This document shows, piece after piece, positions 11,928 to 25,755 of a DNA stretch of 64,000 nt (its first letter is position 1; each line of letters starts with the position of its first letter). Source of the stretch: a virus. Taxonomy: Duplodnaviria; Caudoviricetes. Where the stretch lies: positions 64,001 through 128,000 of IMG/VR virus record IMGVR_UViG_3300029288_000076; one strand, written 5' to 3'. The notes below the pieces were generated by a model. It saw nothing but the letters and a program-made list of their open reading frames with translations, ran no database searches and had not been told where the DNA came from. Both the position numbers and the translations under genes were made by a program.

Positions 11928-12152
11928 AAATTAGAGACTATATTCAACCTCCTCAATTCTAACTCCAACAAAATCATATTCTCTATTAATATCGTTAGAA
12001 TAAGTAGCTATTTTTGTCCATTCTTGTATTTTACGACAAATATGCATATACGCATCATTTTTGTATTTGAAAGAAGCTACAATTTCTTCTTTAATTTCAA
12101 TTTCTGGAGAAAACCAATTCACAATTACATTGTACTTCACTTTTGTTTCCTT

Positions 12153-12401
12153 TTATATTTTCTTATAATCTTTTTCTTTACAAAAAATAGGTCCACAACA
12201 TCCTATTTCAGGTATAGAAAACTTTTTCTTTTTTGCTAAAGAAGAAACAAATAAATTTAATCCAGTATCTGATTCTATTCCGGTCCCATTACAAAATGGG
12301 CATCTAATATTTATTCCATCTTTATTTATCTGTATTTTTGCTCCACCACAACCAGGACAAGGCGGTCTATAACCCCATATTGATGAATTAGTCATTTCCA
12401 A
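12153..12401 (-). CDS. DnaJ-type zinc-finger small protein
   Basis: CPGCGG ... CPFCNGTG. Confidence 0.55.
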   Translation of the reverse strand: MEMTNSSIWGYRPPCPGCGGAKIQINKDGINIRCPFCNGTGIESDTGLNLFVSSLAKKKKFSIPEIGCCGPIFCKEKDYKKI

Positions 12402-13047
12402 ACCTCTAGTACCTTAAAAATAATTTCTAAAACTTTCTTATGATCTTCAACCCACTGTTTACCTTCAGCTTTTTCTAATTTAGAAAAGTAATCTTCTATA
12501 TCATGTTTGTAAATAGGTTTTGATTGGATACTTAAATTAGCAACTACCTTCTGTTTTTCATAATCATTTTCTTTCTTTTTAAAATAATCAAATACTTTCA
12601 TCATCAATCTCCTCAAATATTGGACATTCAAAAACAGGAGTCGTTAAATTATTTTTAACACAGTTTTTAAAAGTATCTTCTGCAATAGCACAATTTGTAA
12701 CTTCTCCAGGAATAAACGCTGCACATCTGAAACACAAACACATATCTCTATGCTTGCCTTTAAGATCTTCGTCTACAAAAACATCAACACCATGGTAATT
12801 ATACATAACTATTTTACCCATTTAAATCTCCTTAAAAATATTCTAAATACTTCAGCAGGATAAATTGAAAGCGTGAAATAGATACATAAGAAGCCTATAA
12901 ATAGTAACCATTCTCCATAGTCTACTTCAATAGCAAGGCTTGGAATAAAATTCCAGCACTTAAGATCATATCCTATTGAAACCCAACCATGACTATCATC
13001 TATGTCTTTAAAAAAGTCTATTTCTCTAGAATATTGAGAATAAAATA

Positions 13048-13500
13048 TCATTTCTGTTCAGCCTCCTGCTCTACGGCTTTCTTATTAAATAAGTCGGCCT
13101 CTTCTTTTCTTCTCCTAACAAGACCTGTAAGTTTTTGACCTTTAGCGTCTTTAACATAGAGTTTCATTCTCAGACTAACTTTTTTGTAGTCACCTATATT
13201 TAAATCTTCTAAAATATTTTTAAGGCTTCCAGCTCCGCAATTGAATGTGAAGCTAACAAGTGCATCAAACTGATTTTGGTTAATAGATACCTTAACTCCG
13301 CTATTAACAGCCCTCTCAGCCCATGCTACATCAATCAAAAGAAAGTTTTCTGCTTGCTGTTCATCAATAGAATCAGTTGGCTGAACATTATCAGTATGAC
13401 CATAACCAATGGTCCAAATGCCTCCAGTATCTTGATAAGCATCTAATCTTAATCCTTCAAATGACTTGATAAGAGCAAGACCTACTTTTGAAAGTCTCAT
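13048..13500 (-). CDS. Phage lysozyme (GH24 endolysin)
   Basis: IKSFEGLRLDAYQDTGGIWTIGYGHT (E-D-T triad), QNQFDALVSFTFNCG, GLVRRRKEE. Confidence 0.95.
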   Translation of the reverse strand: MRLSKVGLALIKSFEGLRLDAYQDTGGIWTIGYGHTDNVQPTDSIDEQQAENFLLIDVAWAERAVNSGVKVSINQNQFDALVSFTFNCGAGSLKNILEDLNIGDYKKVSLRMKLYVKDAKGQKLTGLVRRRKEEADLFNKKAVEQEAEQK

Positions 13501-14072
13501 AATTATTTTTCCTTTTTAGTCTTAATAGAATAGCAAAAACCACAGCTTCTATGCTCTGGGTAAGAGTAGACACGTCCACAATGTTTGCACATTGATTGGT
13601 CTTTAAATGAATCAAGAGTATCCCAATTCGGTGAAGGTCGTTTACCCTTTTTATCTGTCCTTCCTCCTTTTACCGATATCATTCTTTTTCTTCTCCTTTG
13701 CAACAAATAACTTCAGAAGTATCAAAAGCTTCCTGCAAGAGTGTATAGTCATTGCTAAAGAAATAAAGAAAATTATTTTCTAAAATAGAAATAACTTTGT
13801 CTTTTTCTATTCCTAAATTAATTAGTGTAGACCAAGAATCAAAAAGTTTATCAGTAAGAAAATTATCATCTTCAAGTATGTGCTGAAACCAGTGAACAAT
13901 AAAATCTAAAGATTTTTCTTTAGGAATACAAAGATCCATTAAAGCTATAAAAACACTTTCAAATCTCTTTTCTACGGTTAGCTCTTTCAATTTAATCATT
14001 CTAAACACCTCGTTTTAATTTTAAATAGGAATGTCTCTGTTTGAAAATTCTATTCTTTTCATTTTTTCTCCT

Positions 14073-14294
14073 TTAAAGCAAATATCTGATTATACCTAGA
14101 GCATTAGTCACGGTAAAAACAAAGTTAATAGTAAATAATGACCAGTCTTTACGCACAAAAGCAATACAAGCCCATGTTGTGGAACTAACCCAAAATAAAA
14201 CAAATCCCCATCCACTAAATTGTAAATTTAGAGCTAAAACTAAAGCACCAAGCATACCAGCAATTGTACCAAACCAACCTAAATTTTTTATCAT
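14073..14294 (-). CDS. Small three-helix membrane protein (PnuC/PQ-loop-like repeat)
   Basis: Three hydrophobic segments; LGWFGT..GMLGA, W..IA...KDWSL...N..GI. Confidence 0.45.
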   Translation of the reverse strand: MIKNLGWFGTIAGMLGALVLALNLQFSGWGFVLFWVSSTTWACIAFVRKDWSLFTINFVFTVTNALGIIRYLL

Positions 14295-17200
14295 ATACTT
14301 CTTTTACAGTCCTGAATATTTTTTCATATTACTTCTCCTTTTTCTTCTCAATCATTTTCTTAACACTTTTCTTCACAGTTGCTTTCTTACCAGTTTTAGG
14401 TTCAATAATTTGAATATCTCCTTCCTTCCACACAAACCTGTCAAGGTTCTTGTCTTTTGCTTTTACCATTTTACATTTCCTCCTTGTTAAACTCTGATAT
14501 AATAACTATCAGTTTTTAGTGCTTCAATCTCAATGAAATTATCCATAATCTCAACAAAAGCTCTGTAAAATGCTTGATCGCTAGAATTAGGAACTTTTTC
14601 AACTTTAGATTTAAATTCTTTGAGATTCTCTCTTAGCATGAATAGCTTAGCATCCATTTACTTTCCTCCTTAAAGTTCTTTTAGATTTAAAAGACTTTTC
14701 TTATTAGTTCTATTATGAAAAGCTTCATCTTTTTCTCTTTGCTTTTCTTCATCCTCTTTATCTAATTCTCTAACCCAATCTTCATTTGCCATCCATTTCC
14801 TATATTCTTCTGGGTCAACATCTAAAAGTTTTTTAATATAATTTTTAAACTTTTCTTCGTCTAAAATATTAGCGCATTTAGTCCCTAACCATTCATTAAA
14901 ATTTTCTCCTGTAGATGTCTTAATTTCATATTGTTGAACACTTGGAATACACATACAAGTTTTTATAGAAGGTGGTGGGCATACTCCGTGCCAAACACCA
15001 GGACTATAAATTGGCGCTCCACAATGTGGGCAAGACCCCACAATTTGATCATACATGTTTTCTATCACTCCTATTCCAAATTTTAATCATGTCTGAAATA
15101 ATATAGACCCTATTTTTGAAAAAATACTTTTTGGGATATTTAGAACTTTAACCAAAAAAGTTAAAAACAATAAGTAGAATATTTCATAATCTATTTTTTT
15201 ATTCTCATTTTACTTTTTCTCATCAACTGATTTTGCCCAAACACTTCTTAACTGATCTTCAAGATAGTTAATAGTGTCTATTACGTCTTGCGGATGACAG
15301 CTAATCCATTCTCCTCTAAAAACTTCATTTTTAAATTTCGAATACTCTAAAGGAGCCATTCTTTTGTTTAAATCAAGAAATACCACTTACTTCTCCTTAA
15401 ATATTTCTTTTATACTTGTCAAGTTAGTATCAATATGACACGAGATTAATAGAACCATTGGTAAGAGCAATGTCTAATTTAGCTTGTTCGTTTTCCCTTT
15501 TAGCAAAGTCTTCAGCAAACTGCTTTTGAAATATTGACCAAAGCTCTTTTGTAATCTCATAAGTAAAATATCTATCACCTATAAAGTCTTTACAATACTC
15601 GTATGGTTCATTCCACACAGAGCCACTTGTTTCAGTTACTTTTGATTTAGTAACCCAACCTCTATTTTCACAATGGTCACAAATATAGTTTAATGAAACA
15701 GTAAACATTATTTATCCTTTTTATTAATCTTACTAACATAATATACTTCTCTTAGAAAAACAAAAATAAAAAAAGCAAAAACTCCTGCAATAAGCCCTAA
15801 CGCAAAATAATCAGTATTGAAATTCATTGTTTTTAATATTCCTCCTTGTCCCAATTATTAAAGTAAATTGAATCAGCAGTTGAGCCATTATACTCTTTAA
15901 TAGTTATATCTTTTACATCTTCTGCCTTTACAACAAGCAATCTTTCAGTATTTGGGTTTGCAATAGTAAAAAAATTTAATCCACAAACCCTTTTTGCTTC
16001 TTCAAAAGCTTTATCAAAATCATCTGCTTCAACTTCAACAGAAGCCCATGCTGTTATTTTCATGACGTTGAATTTCATATCTTTATACTATAGGCATTAA
16101 AAAACAACCATTCAAACTTAAATCTATAAGGTTCTTTAAAAGTAACTTTTGGGAACCAACAAAAAGGAAATATATGAAAATACTCCCAATGATAAATAGT
16201 AAAATCAAAAGTTTTAAAATGAAAATATCTAAAATAACAACGATATTTAGCAGTAACCAAGTTTTTCATATTCTAATAATCTCCAAATGGATTATCCTCT
16301 AAATCTCTTTTAATATCTTCAAGCACTCCTATTTGTCTTTCTGTTGGCTCTTTTCCATCTTCAATCCATTTATAGATACTTCTAGCAAAATCAAATTGAC
16401 TATCTTTACATGCAGGTGCAGATTGTATAAAATCAATAAGATCTAAAATGTAATTAATATCTTTCATTCTTCATCCAAGCAATTTTCTTCTACAATAACA
16501 AAATCTTCTTCTTTGATTTTATTTTTACAATTAGCAATCGAGTTAGGAAATTTTAATATTTTAATAGGATAAGAATATTTTTTTTCAAGGATTCCTCTTT
16601 GACAATAGAATTCGTTTTCTTCTATTAAGCTCTTAGCAAGAGCAAAACACCCTATACAATTATGATTCATTTTCTTCCTCAATACAATTAATAATTTGTT
16701 CCTGTAATAATTCAAAATCGTCATTAGATAATTCAATTCCATTATCTTGTAATTCTTTAAATGTTCTATTACTAATGTAATCTAAAGCACCAAAAGACCA
16801 TGGAGAAACCATTTTGTCATCCCATCTAAAGTAAGCAGTTAGAACATTATTAATGACGTTTTGATAAGTATGCTTTATTTCTACCGGAAGTAATTTTAAT
16901 GCTTCAAATTCATTTGGTGAAAATTCTAAGTGATTGTAAAAATCTCTATTTAACTTCCCACTTATATTAACTGCATCTGGATAAAATTCAACTTCAATTG
17001 GCTGTAAGTTTTCTGGTAAAGTTTTGTCATATATTCTATATCTACCAAAACAGTTAGTAGGTTGAAAAAGCATTTGAACTATTCTAAAAAACCTTGTTTC
17101 AATAACTTTATTAGAATCAATTTCTTGACAAGGGCCAAATTCATTTTTATCAGTAAAATCTATTCCTGGAATATTTTTACTCATTGTATTATCTCCACTA

Positions 17201-17669
17201 AAGTGACTTGTAAAACGACCACAATTATTACAAAACATTATTCTCATTTCTAAATAAAATTCTTCATTCCCGTAAAAATAATTACTTTCAGCTTTACAAA
17301 CTTCACAGATATAATTCACTTTTTTATTTCTTTCCAATTAAAATTCTTTCTTGACATTCCATGAACATAAGCCAAAGAAGACATAGTAGAAATATCTTTA
17401 TCCCATTGTTCTACGTCTTTCTCATCTTCTAAAACTAAAATTTTATCATCAAATTCAAGAATCACTTTTATAAGCTTACTCATCATTTTTTCTCCTCTTC
17501 GCAATGACAATATAGCTCACTAGCATCTTCTTTCTTAATTTGTTTATTACACCTTGAACAGACTTCTAACTTATTTCTACTAATGATCTCTTCAGTTGTT
17601 TGTTTAAGTAAGTCCATTACACCTTGAGGGATTTTGTCAGTAGTTATTCTGATTGTTTTGAAATCATCT

Positions 17670-18263
17670 TCACTCATGTTCTATTTTCTCCTTATTGTAT
17701 CTTCGATCAACTATTATTGGAGTTTCTCCTTTTAAATCATGCTCTTTATCGATATGCCAACTTACTTCCACTTGATCATTAGAAGAAAAATCACAATAAT
17801 AACATTTATAATCTTTTAACCCATCTTTTTTAATTTTTGATAGTAAATCTTCCTCAGTAGATACAATAGTTTTTTCTTTAAATACAATAATATCATCATA
17901 AGGATCTAAATGGTGTTCTTGACTTATATGTAAAATCATATCATCTTCAACAAGACAATAGAAATCGCAATAAGAACACCAATAGTGACTTGATCGTATA
18001 TAATCATCTTTCATTCTTAGCTCAGGAGTAATTTCCTTCTTATTTTCTTCTTGAATATCCCAAAATTCTAATAGTCTTTCAATAAAAAACTTTGCTTTTA
18101 AAAGATCTTCTCTACCATTTTTAAAAAGAAATCTTGTTATATATTTAATTATAACTCCAATATGATAAGAATATTTGCCCCAGAAAGGAGCCCAAGCATT
18201 TATATAATCATTTGGTTCAAAACCAGCTTTAGCATACCATGAGTCATCTGTATATTTAATCAA
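17670..18263 (-). CDS. DUF3310-like domain fused to two C2H2-type zinc fingers
   Basis: Y..AGFEPNDYI...GVIIKYITR...KNGREDLLKAKFFIERL; CSYC..HISQEH; CYYC..HIDKEH. Confidence 0.65.
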   Translation of the reverse strand: MIKYTDDSWYAKAGFEPNDYINAWAPFWGKYSYHIGVIIKYITRFLFKNGREDLLKAKFFIERLLEFWDIQEENKKEITPELRMKDDYIRSSHYWCSYCDFYCLVEDDMILHISQEHHLDPYDDIIVFKEKTIVSTEEDLLSKIKKDGLKDYKCYYCDFSSNDQVEVSWHIDKEHDLKGETPIIVDRRYNKEKIEHE

Positions 18264-19157
18264 TACTAATACCTTTTATTTTACATAGAGCTTTTAAACA
18301 AGCCATCTTGGGATCATCTTCTCTAAATTCTATCCTCTTTTTATTACCATTATCGTGAAAATCATCGTCACTGTAATAGCTGATACCATATGGAGCATCG
18401 GCATAAAAAGAAATGAACATCCCCATCGCGGGTTTTTCTTCCTTTAGCTTTCGCACCAGCCATTCTAAGTCGGGGAGGAGGATACAATCTCCTGAGATTT
18501 GCCACCACGAAACCTCATCTACCGTGCGGTTCGATATATCGTCGTTGTCAAGTTCTGAAATCTTTTCTCCAACAATTAATTGAATTATGTTCTTAGATTT
18601 AACGTAAACCAGCATCCTCACCCTCGGCTCGAGCATCTCCTGTATCTCCAGCTTACTGGCAAGGGTGATAAACTCATCGGTTAATTTACTCATAGTTAAT
18701 CAATGAAGGTGTTATTAGCTATCCCTCCCGTCCTTGGTCCCGTCTTTATAACCGTCATTATATGACTGGCCTCTCCCCTCACGTAATCCTTGTGCGTAAC
18801 CCAACTTAAAATTCAATTCAACTCTCTCCTGCCAGTGTCGCGCCGTCTCGATAAGATCGAAAGTGTCTTTATACTGTAACTGTATCTTGCTTTTAGCTTC
18901 TTGTTCGATCTCCTTGATCTGGTCACTCGTCAATATCATACTATTCTCCTTCCTATCACTTCACCAAATTTTCTCACACCCTCAACAACATAAGTTTTCC
19001 CGCGCCAGACCACGGCATCGCCAAGATTGGGAGTCACAGCCATTGTTTCTCCTAGAAAGAAATATAACGATATTTCAATGTTCCTGTCGTCAATGTCGGC
19101 AACCCAAGGTTTGCCATTCCATGTAATCTGCGCATCTGTGTATTTCTTCTCTATCAA
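18256..19157 (-). other. GC-elevated island of three hypothetical ORFs
   Basis: Visibly more G/C (many CG dinucleotides) than flanking DNA. Confidence 0.55.
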
Positions 19158-20393
19158 TTCTCAAATCTCACCAGATATAGTTTTGGTTGCATTTCTGGCC
19201 ATTCTACTTTTATAACATGAGTATATAAACTATTTTCTTGAATAAATCTTAACTTCCAAACTTGCCAAACAGGACTCTCATTATTTATTCTGAGTATAAC
19301 GTCTTCTGGATTTTCTTCTCCAATAGGCATATACTGAACATCATAAGCAACTATTTTACCATTTTCTTCAATATGCTCTACAAAAGAAAGAATTTGCTCA
19401 AGTCTGATAATTTGTTTTCTTTTCATTCCTAATGGCATATTAATTTACCTGTATATTATAATAGACAATTCAAACCATAGCCATTCTAAAGCTATAGTAA
19501 CATTAGTTTTAGTAAACTTAGGTAGCCAATAAAAATAATCAAACCAAATATCAAATTGAAAAGTTATTCTATTCATCATTTATCTCATGATCTATATCTT
19601 CTTTTATTTTATTCAAATCATCTAAATCAAAATTCTTTTCTTCAGCTATATTTACCCAACTTATTGGTCTTCCATCTTGACAAGCAGGACAAATATTGGG
19701 CGGTAATTCATCTTTTCTAAGAATCTTGATATAATCACAAATATAACAATGATATTGTCTAATAACCTCTACTTTGCCCATTATCTTTTCCTATCAGTAT
19801 TTTTAATACATTGTTCTATATGATCATCAATTACTTTTCTTGTAACAGATTCCAAACCACAATACGTACAAGCAAATTTGTTGATTACTATTGGCTTATC
19901 TTCATTTATATCCCAAAACATCTCTTTAATTTGATCTATAAACTTTGTTAACTGTTTTTTAGTAAGATCCCCTTTTCTTTGTACTTCAATTTCACCATTT
20001 TCATAAAAGAAAGCACTACAAATTTTATCTTGAGAATCAGATTCTTTCATATTTGTTTTCATACAAGAAATTATTCTTCTTCATCACCACAGCAGCTATC
20101 AATATAGTCTTCAAATAAAGCATCGTATAGCGTTTCAATTGTAGTATAAGGACTATTTATTGTTCCATCTTTAATAACGCTAACTATCAAATTAAAACCT
20201 TCTGCTAAAGTCTTAAATTCTTTTGGAGTTAAAGATCTTTTCTTTTTACAAAACCACATATTGTTTCTCCTTTAAAAACATAAAATTAAAATTGTTCCCC
20301 AAAATACAAGCCCAAAACAAAAGCCTATAAAAAGAGCTGCCCAACAGCAAATATCTTTTGATCCTTCTATAAAAGCTTCATAAAGCATTTATA

Positions 20394-20412
20394 ATATATT
20401 ATATTTTAAAAA
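20394..20412 (-). promoter_or_regulatory. Phage promoter motif copy
   Basis: TTTTTAAAATATAATATAT on - strand, intergenic. Confidence 0.6.
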
Positions 20413-21218
20413 CATGATTATATAAAATCATAACACCGTATTCATAATTTTTCTAACTTTAACCTTGCTTAAATCATGCCATATAAGATTGGTAGCAATA
20501 TAATTTTGCCAGCAAAAAGAACATTTAAATACGTGAACATCTACAAGACACAATAAAGGACACCCATTATTTAAAGTATCACAATTTGGACAAGGAACCT
20601 TCATTTCTTTAGCTCTACAACTCTTTTTATTATCCCATCTACGGTCAAATCTTTAAATCTTGAATCAGAAACATTTTCTAATTTTTTAACTAAAGTTATA
20701 AGTAAACAGATATTTGACCAATTATCTACTGCCTGACAAATAATCTCTTTAAGCATTTCATTTTCTTTGTTTCCTTCTCTACTCATCTTCTAAACATTCT
20801 CCCCAACAAGAAGAGCAGTAAGAACAAAAAATACCATTAGAAGCAAGATGAAATAAAAGACCACCGCATTTGGAGCAAGAATAAGTTAAAACAATTTTTA
20901 AAGTTTCACCATTTTTTGCTACAAAATTTTTATTAAAATCTATAATCTTTTTATCTTCCATTTATGCTCCTTTAATGTTAAATATTAGAATAGTTATTCT
21001 ACAGCCTAGCAAATAACTTCTTTTAATATCTCATTTTCTTTCTCTATACATAATCAATTTTAATCCTTGTAGACCCACAAGAAGAACAGCTTATCGTTTC
21101 ATCATCAGTTATATGAATAAATTTACTGCCACATTCTGCGCACCAAGCTTTAGCACACTTTTTCTTTTCTATCTCTCTAACTTTACTTTCAAAATCAATA
21201 ACATTTTTGCCTATATTT

Positions 21219-21557
21219 TTATTCTTCATCTATAACCTTTTCTTTGATAATACAAGAAATAGGAATCATTTGTAAGTTCCTATATTGCTCATTTTTTAAA
21301 TCAACAGATTGAGCTATAGAAATAAATTTATCCTTTCTATCTACCTCTATTCCAATACTGGTAACAATAAGTAAATCTTCTTTATCAAGCTCTCCCTTAT
21401 TCCACCAACCATTAAAAGAAGTAAGCGCTGTAGCATCATGCCACTCAATATAAAGAAGCCTGCCTACTTTCGGTTTAAGTTTTTCTATAAGGTCTACGAA
21501 TCCTGAATTAGTAGTTTCATTACTTCTTTCAATTCTTCTAGGATTACCACCTGTCAT
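21219..21557 (-). CDS. Phage hypothetical protein (IEWHDA motif type)
   Basis: LLYIEWHDA...SIG...IAQS...IPISCI pattern, which I recognise as common in phage hypotheticals; AGGAGG SD. Confidence 0.6.
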   Translation of the reverse strand: MTGGNPRRIERSNETTNSGFVDLIEKLKPKVGRLLYIEWHDATALTSFNGWWNKGELDKEDLLIVTSIGIEVDRKDKFISIAQSVDLKNEQYRNLQMIPISCIIKEKVIDEE

Positions 21558-22463
21558 ATTTCCTCCTTAGTTTTAACTATACCAAATAGAATTCGTAAAA
21601 AGAAAAAGCCAAAATCAAAAGATACACCACTACCATATTCATAGTTGATTTTCAAATATGGTATAATATAAAAGTTATAATCTTCAAAGTAGCTACACTT
21701 ATAGAATTTGTATTTAATCATTTTTTAGAACCTTTTCACTTATTTTAGACAAAAATGCTGTCCCGCCTTCTTTTTTATTAGATCTAGGCATAATTCCTAC
21801 ACCTTTCCCATTATTCATACCAACCTTAAGAATTGTTCCAGTTATAATCTCGTGTGAGCCTTTGCTGTCTATGTAACTACCATAATTAATTTTACTTTCA
21901 AAAACAGCATCACTTCCTATAATAGCAAATCTTCCATCTTCAAGAAGAAGATTTATAGCTTTTTTAATATTTTTATCTTTAATCATTTCTTCACCTCTAC
22001 TTCTATTTGTATTTTATTATCTATCAGCTCATTATAATGAAATGGCCATAGAATAGTTTTAATCATTTTAGAATTTATAAAAAATAATTCGTGTTCGTGC
22101 TTTTTAGACCATTCTTTAGAAACCATTATAGATCTGTCAACAGTAAAGGTTTTATTCTTTAAATCTAGTCTACAGGCTAACCACTCAAGACAATCATTAT
22201 TCATCGGCTACTTTCTCTTGTCTCCAAATTTTAGCTGCATCTTTCTTAGTTGGAGCACAATTCCGGCATAAAAAATATTGATCTATGTCAACAGCAATTC
22301 CATAACCAATAGCATATTCTTCATACACTTTGAGTAACCAATAAGGTTCCCATTTAAATTCCTTATTACACATGCCACATTCTTGCCACCGTAAAGCCCA
22401 ACGCCATTTTGTTGCTTTTAAATACTCATCTCTTTTTTTTAATTGTTTTTCTCTATACATTTT

Positions 22464-22856
22464 CTACCACCATAAATACTGAAAACATTTATAAAACAAT
22501 TCCATACCCTCTCTATAAGTTTCAAAATTTTCTAAATCAATTCCGCCATTACTAACTAAAATTTCAAAGCTACAAATTATCTTATTTAATACTTCATCCC
22601 ATTCTTCGCTGGTCATTGATCCAGGATAAGCAATAGTAACTTCTTTAAATCTTTTTAATCTTGGCAAAACAAATCTTGCTATTGTTAAATCTAAATTCCA
22701 AGTTTCACTGTCATCAAATCCAATTGTTTTTCTTTGCTTAGAAAATTTCTTTTCTCTTTTATCATCTTTACTTATAACAGAAAAGCAGATATTTGGAACA
22801 TTAATATATTTTATATCTATGTTGCTCATTTTCTTAGTCATTTTTTGTAACATCAA
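22464..22856 (-). CDS. Conserved phage hypothetical protein
   Basis: ETWNLD.TIARFVLPRLKRFK...YP...W...L.KI...F...GMELF...F..LW pattern. Confidence 0.6.
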   Translation of the reverse strand: MMLQKMTKKMSNIDIKYINVPNICFSVISKDDKREKKFSKQRKTIGFDDSETWNLDLTIARFVLPRLKRFKEVTIAYPGSMTSEEWDEVLNKIICSFEILVSNGGIDLENFETYREGMELFYKCFQYLWW

Positions 22857-23351
22857 TTGATGATATTAATTTATCAAAATCTATTTTTACTTTTATTTTA
22901 TCAGAACTGAATATAAAAAGCCTATCCTCAAACATTTTAGCAAACTCTTTTGAAACCGGAACTGTCGCTTTAGAATCAACAAGCTTATGATTTTTATGGT
23001 CTATCTGATAAATTTTCCACTCCTCAATTTGATCATCTGTATGAGTGAATTTAATTTGAGCCATTTTGTTTTTCCTTTAATATAAATAATTGTTGAAAAT
23101 ATTTAACAACTCTATCATTTCGTGTGTGGACTGGTCAAATCATTCATCAGTAATATAATTTAATCTTAAATATTTAAGATTAGTCATTCACAAACTTTTT
23201 ACCATGACTTATATCTAAATGAACTTTCATAAATTCAAAATTATAGATAATACTACAAAATTTACATTGATATTGTATTGATGGTTTAAAAATCTCATTA
23301 AGTATAAATTCTTTTATAGCTTCTTTAGAAATAGTTTTGACAAATCCTCCG

Positions 23352-24059
23352 TTACTCATTCACAAATCTCTTTACTAGATCTGTTTCTATATAAGAAATA
23401 GTTGCTTGAGTTTTACCTAAAAAATCTGCTATGTCTATTTGTTTTATATTACTATCAACGAGGTTCCTAAAAAAGAAAACTACTTTTTGATCTTGATTAT
23501 AAAGAGAAAAGCAACTTGTAGAAAATGAATCAAATTGACTTAAGAAAGGATTTCTAAAATCTAAATAAGCCCCATATTTATTTAATTTACGTGACAAAGA
23601 ATTCATAGCTCCAATAGATGAAAACTCAAAATCGTCTAACTCTTCAGGTAATAAATCAATACAATTATCTTGATATGATTCCTCATAAACCCTATTTTCT
23701 GGTAAAGCTTTGTTAAAAGTTACATATGAATATCTATAATGGCTTATCTCTCTCTTAATAAAATTTCCAAGACAATTAGAAAGTCTCATTCCATAATACT
23801 TTGTAAAGTTATCGTTAAGTGTATAATCGTAGAGTTTTACAGCATGGTCAAGTTCTAGATAACTTTGACTTAAAAGGTCATCAAAAAAGTCAAAACCAAT
23901 ATGCTTATTATATTTTAGGATAAGTGAATCTATAACCTTATGAGTATAAGGCATAAGAATTGAAAAAAGATCATGTAAACAAGACGTATCATTTGTCTGT
24001 TTATAAGATCCAATTATCATTAACACTACTTGTCTAAATTCTTCATAATCTTGATTCAT
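23352..24059 (-). CDS. Phage sigma-70-family-like factor
   Basis: Region 2-like DLLSQSYLELDHAVKLYDYTLNDNFTKY; region 4 HTH QIDIADFLGKTQATISYIE. Confidence 0.75.
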   Translation of the reverse strand: MNQDYEEFRQVVLMIIGSYKQTNDTSCLHDLFSILMPYTHKVIDSLILKYNKHIGFDFFDDLLSQSYLELDHAVKLYDYTLNDNFTKYYGMRLSNCLGNFIKREISHYRYSYVTFNKALPENRVYEESYQDNCIDLLPEELDDFEFSSIGAMNSLSRKLNKYGAYLDFRNPFLSQFDSFSTSCFSLYNQDQKVVFFFRNLVDSNIKQIDIADFLGKTQATISYIETDLVKRFVNE

Positions 24060-25554
24060 TTAGTTAATGTTGATTCCTCTTTAGCAATAAAAAACTTACA
24101 AGTTCCAAGTTGAACATTCACTTCTTCCCAAGGAAAAGTTAGATCACAATAATCAAAATATCTATCATTAAAACCGCAACAAGGTCTACAATGTTGGCGC
24201 TTACCACACGCATTTTTAAACTTAGGTAATAGATAATGATAATTATTTTTTGCTAATGTATTCATTTAATCCAACTTTTCTATTTCTTTCTCGCATTTCC
24301 TTATAATTCGTAAAATTTTATCAGCACTTTTATTGATTTGATTTTTTAATACTTCATTTTTAATCAAATTAAGAGCACTAATAGACAACTTTGCTTTTGC
24401 TCTCTCCCATTGTAAATCATCTTCCATACCATACATTATTTCATTTCCTCTTCTGTTAAGGACCTTATAAATTCAACATCAGTAGATGTTGACAAATTAA
24501 CAATATCGGCATCATCGTTGCTACCAACTATTCTACAAAATGAATAAGCTCCATCAATATGGAAAAATCTAAATGTATCTACGACTCTATTAGGATCATC
24601 TTTATGTCTTAACACTGATCTATTAGATAGTTTTATCAAACTATTTCTTGGAACTTCATAAAGTTTCATCTCTTTCTATCCGTAATAAAATCATTAAGTT
24701 GTTTATCTATTCTATTAATTCTCTTTACATTACATTCAAAACACCAATGAGGACTCCAAGCAGTTCCAGCTAGATTGTTACAACCTTCTTCGCAACATTT
24801 TTTGCCAGTGTGATATTTAGAACTGTTACCTACATGATTTGGATCATTGTAACCACCAATCATTTTAAATCACCATAATCACAATCAGGAAATATTAGAA
24901 ACCATGTAAAAACTATTTCATTCCACAAATTCTTAAAATCTTTTTTCAATCCTTCCTTCAATTCTTTAAGCCACTTTTTCATTTCTTTTCCTTTTTGTCA
25001 TAAATACCATCTAATAATAAAAAACTTATCTATCGTTTTTTTCATCTTCTTCAAACTTAGTCATTAGTTCATTAGCTTCTCTTTCAAGTCTATTCTCATC
25101 AGTTTCATCATCAGTAATTATATTATATAATTCATTAATGTATTTTTCTTTATTTTTATCATATTTTGACCAATTACCTAAAACAGTCTTAAAATAGCTT
25201 CTAATAGCTTTGGCATCTCTTCTTCTAGCATAAAGATGATACTCTTTCTTTGTTGGCAATATATTTAGAATGCTCCCAAAGCCTTTCCAAAAACTATTCA
25301 TTGTTTATTCTTCTTTATTTCTTCTAAAATTAAATTCCCTACTAAGCTAATATGGTTTACAACTTTTACTAAAGTAACTTGATCTGGATAAGCATAATAA
25401 GATGATCCGAATGTAGTAAAACATAGATCACAACACCAGACTTCTTGTCCTTTTCTCTTAGAAGGAGCTTCAATCAAATATTTATTTAATTTTGTAGTTT
25501 CAAAATTACAACAATCGCAATAACTTTCTTCTGGATTATCCTCAAAATATGGCA

Positions 25555-25755
25555 TCATCCTTTCTCCACTGTAGGTTTGCGTCTGTAAGTCCAGCCACCA
25601 CCTTTTAAATGAAAATTGTTTTGAGATATAATCTTAACCATTTTGATATTACAATTTGGACAAATAGGATCTCCCTCAGCATAGTCTAAATTTGATCTAA
25701 AAAGCTTCTCTTTTTTATGATGACATTTAGGACAGTCATACTCATAAATTGGCAT
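25555..25755 (-). CDS. FmdB-family zinc-ribbon protein
   Basis: MPIYEYDCPKC...CPNC...KIIS..FHLKGGGW. Confidence 0.85.
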   Translation of the reverse strand: MPIYEYDCPKCHHKKEKLFRSNLDYAEGDPICPNCNIKMVKIISQNNFHLKGGGWTYRRKPTVEKG

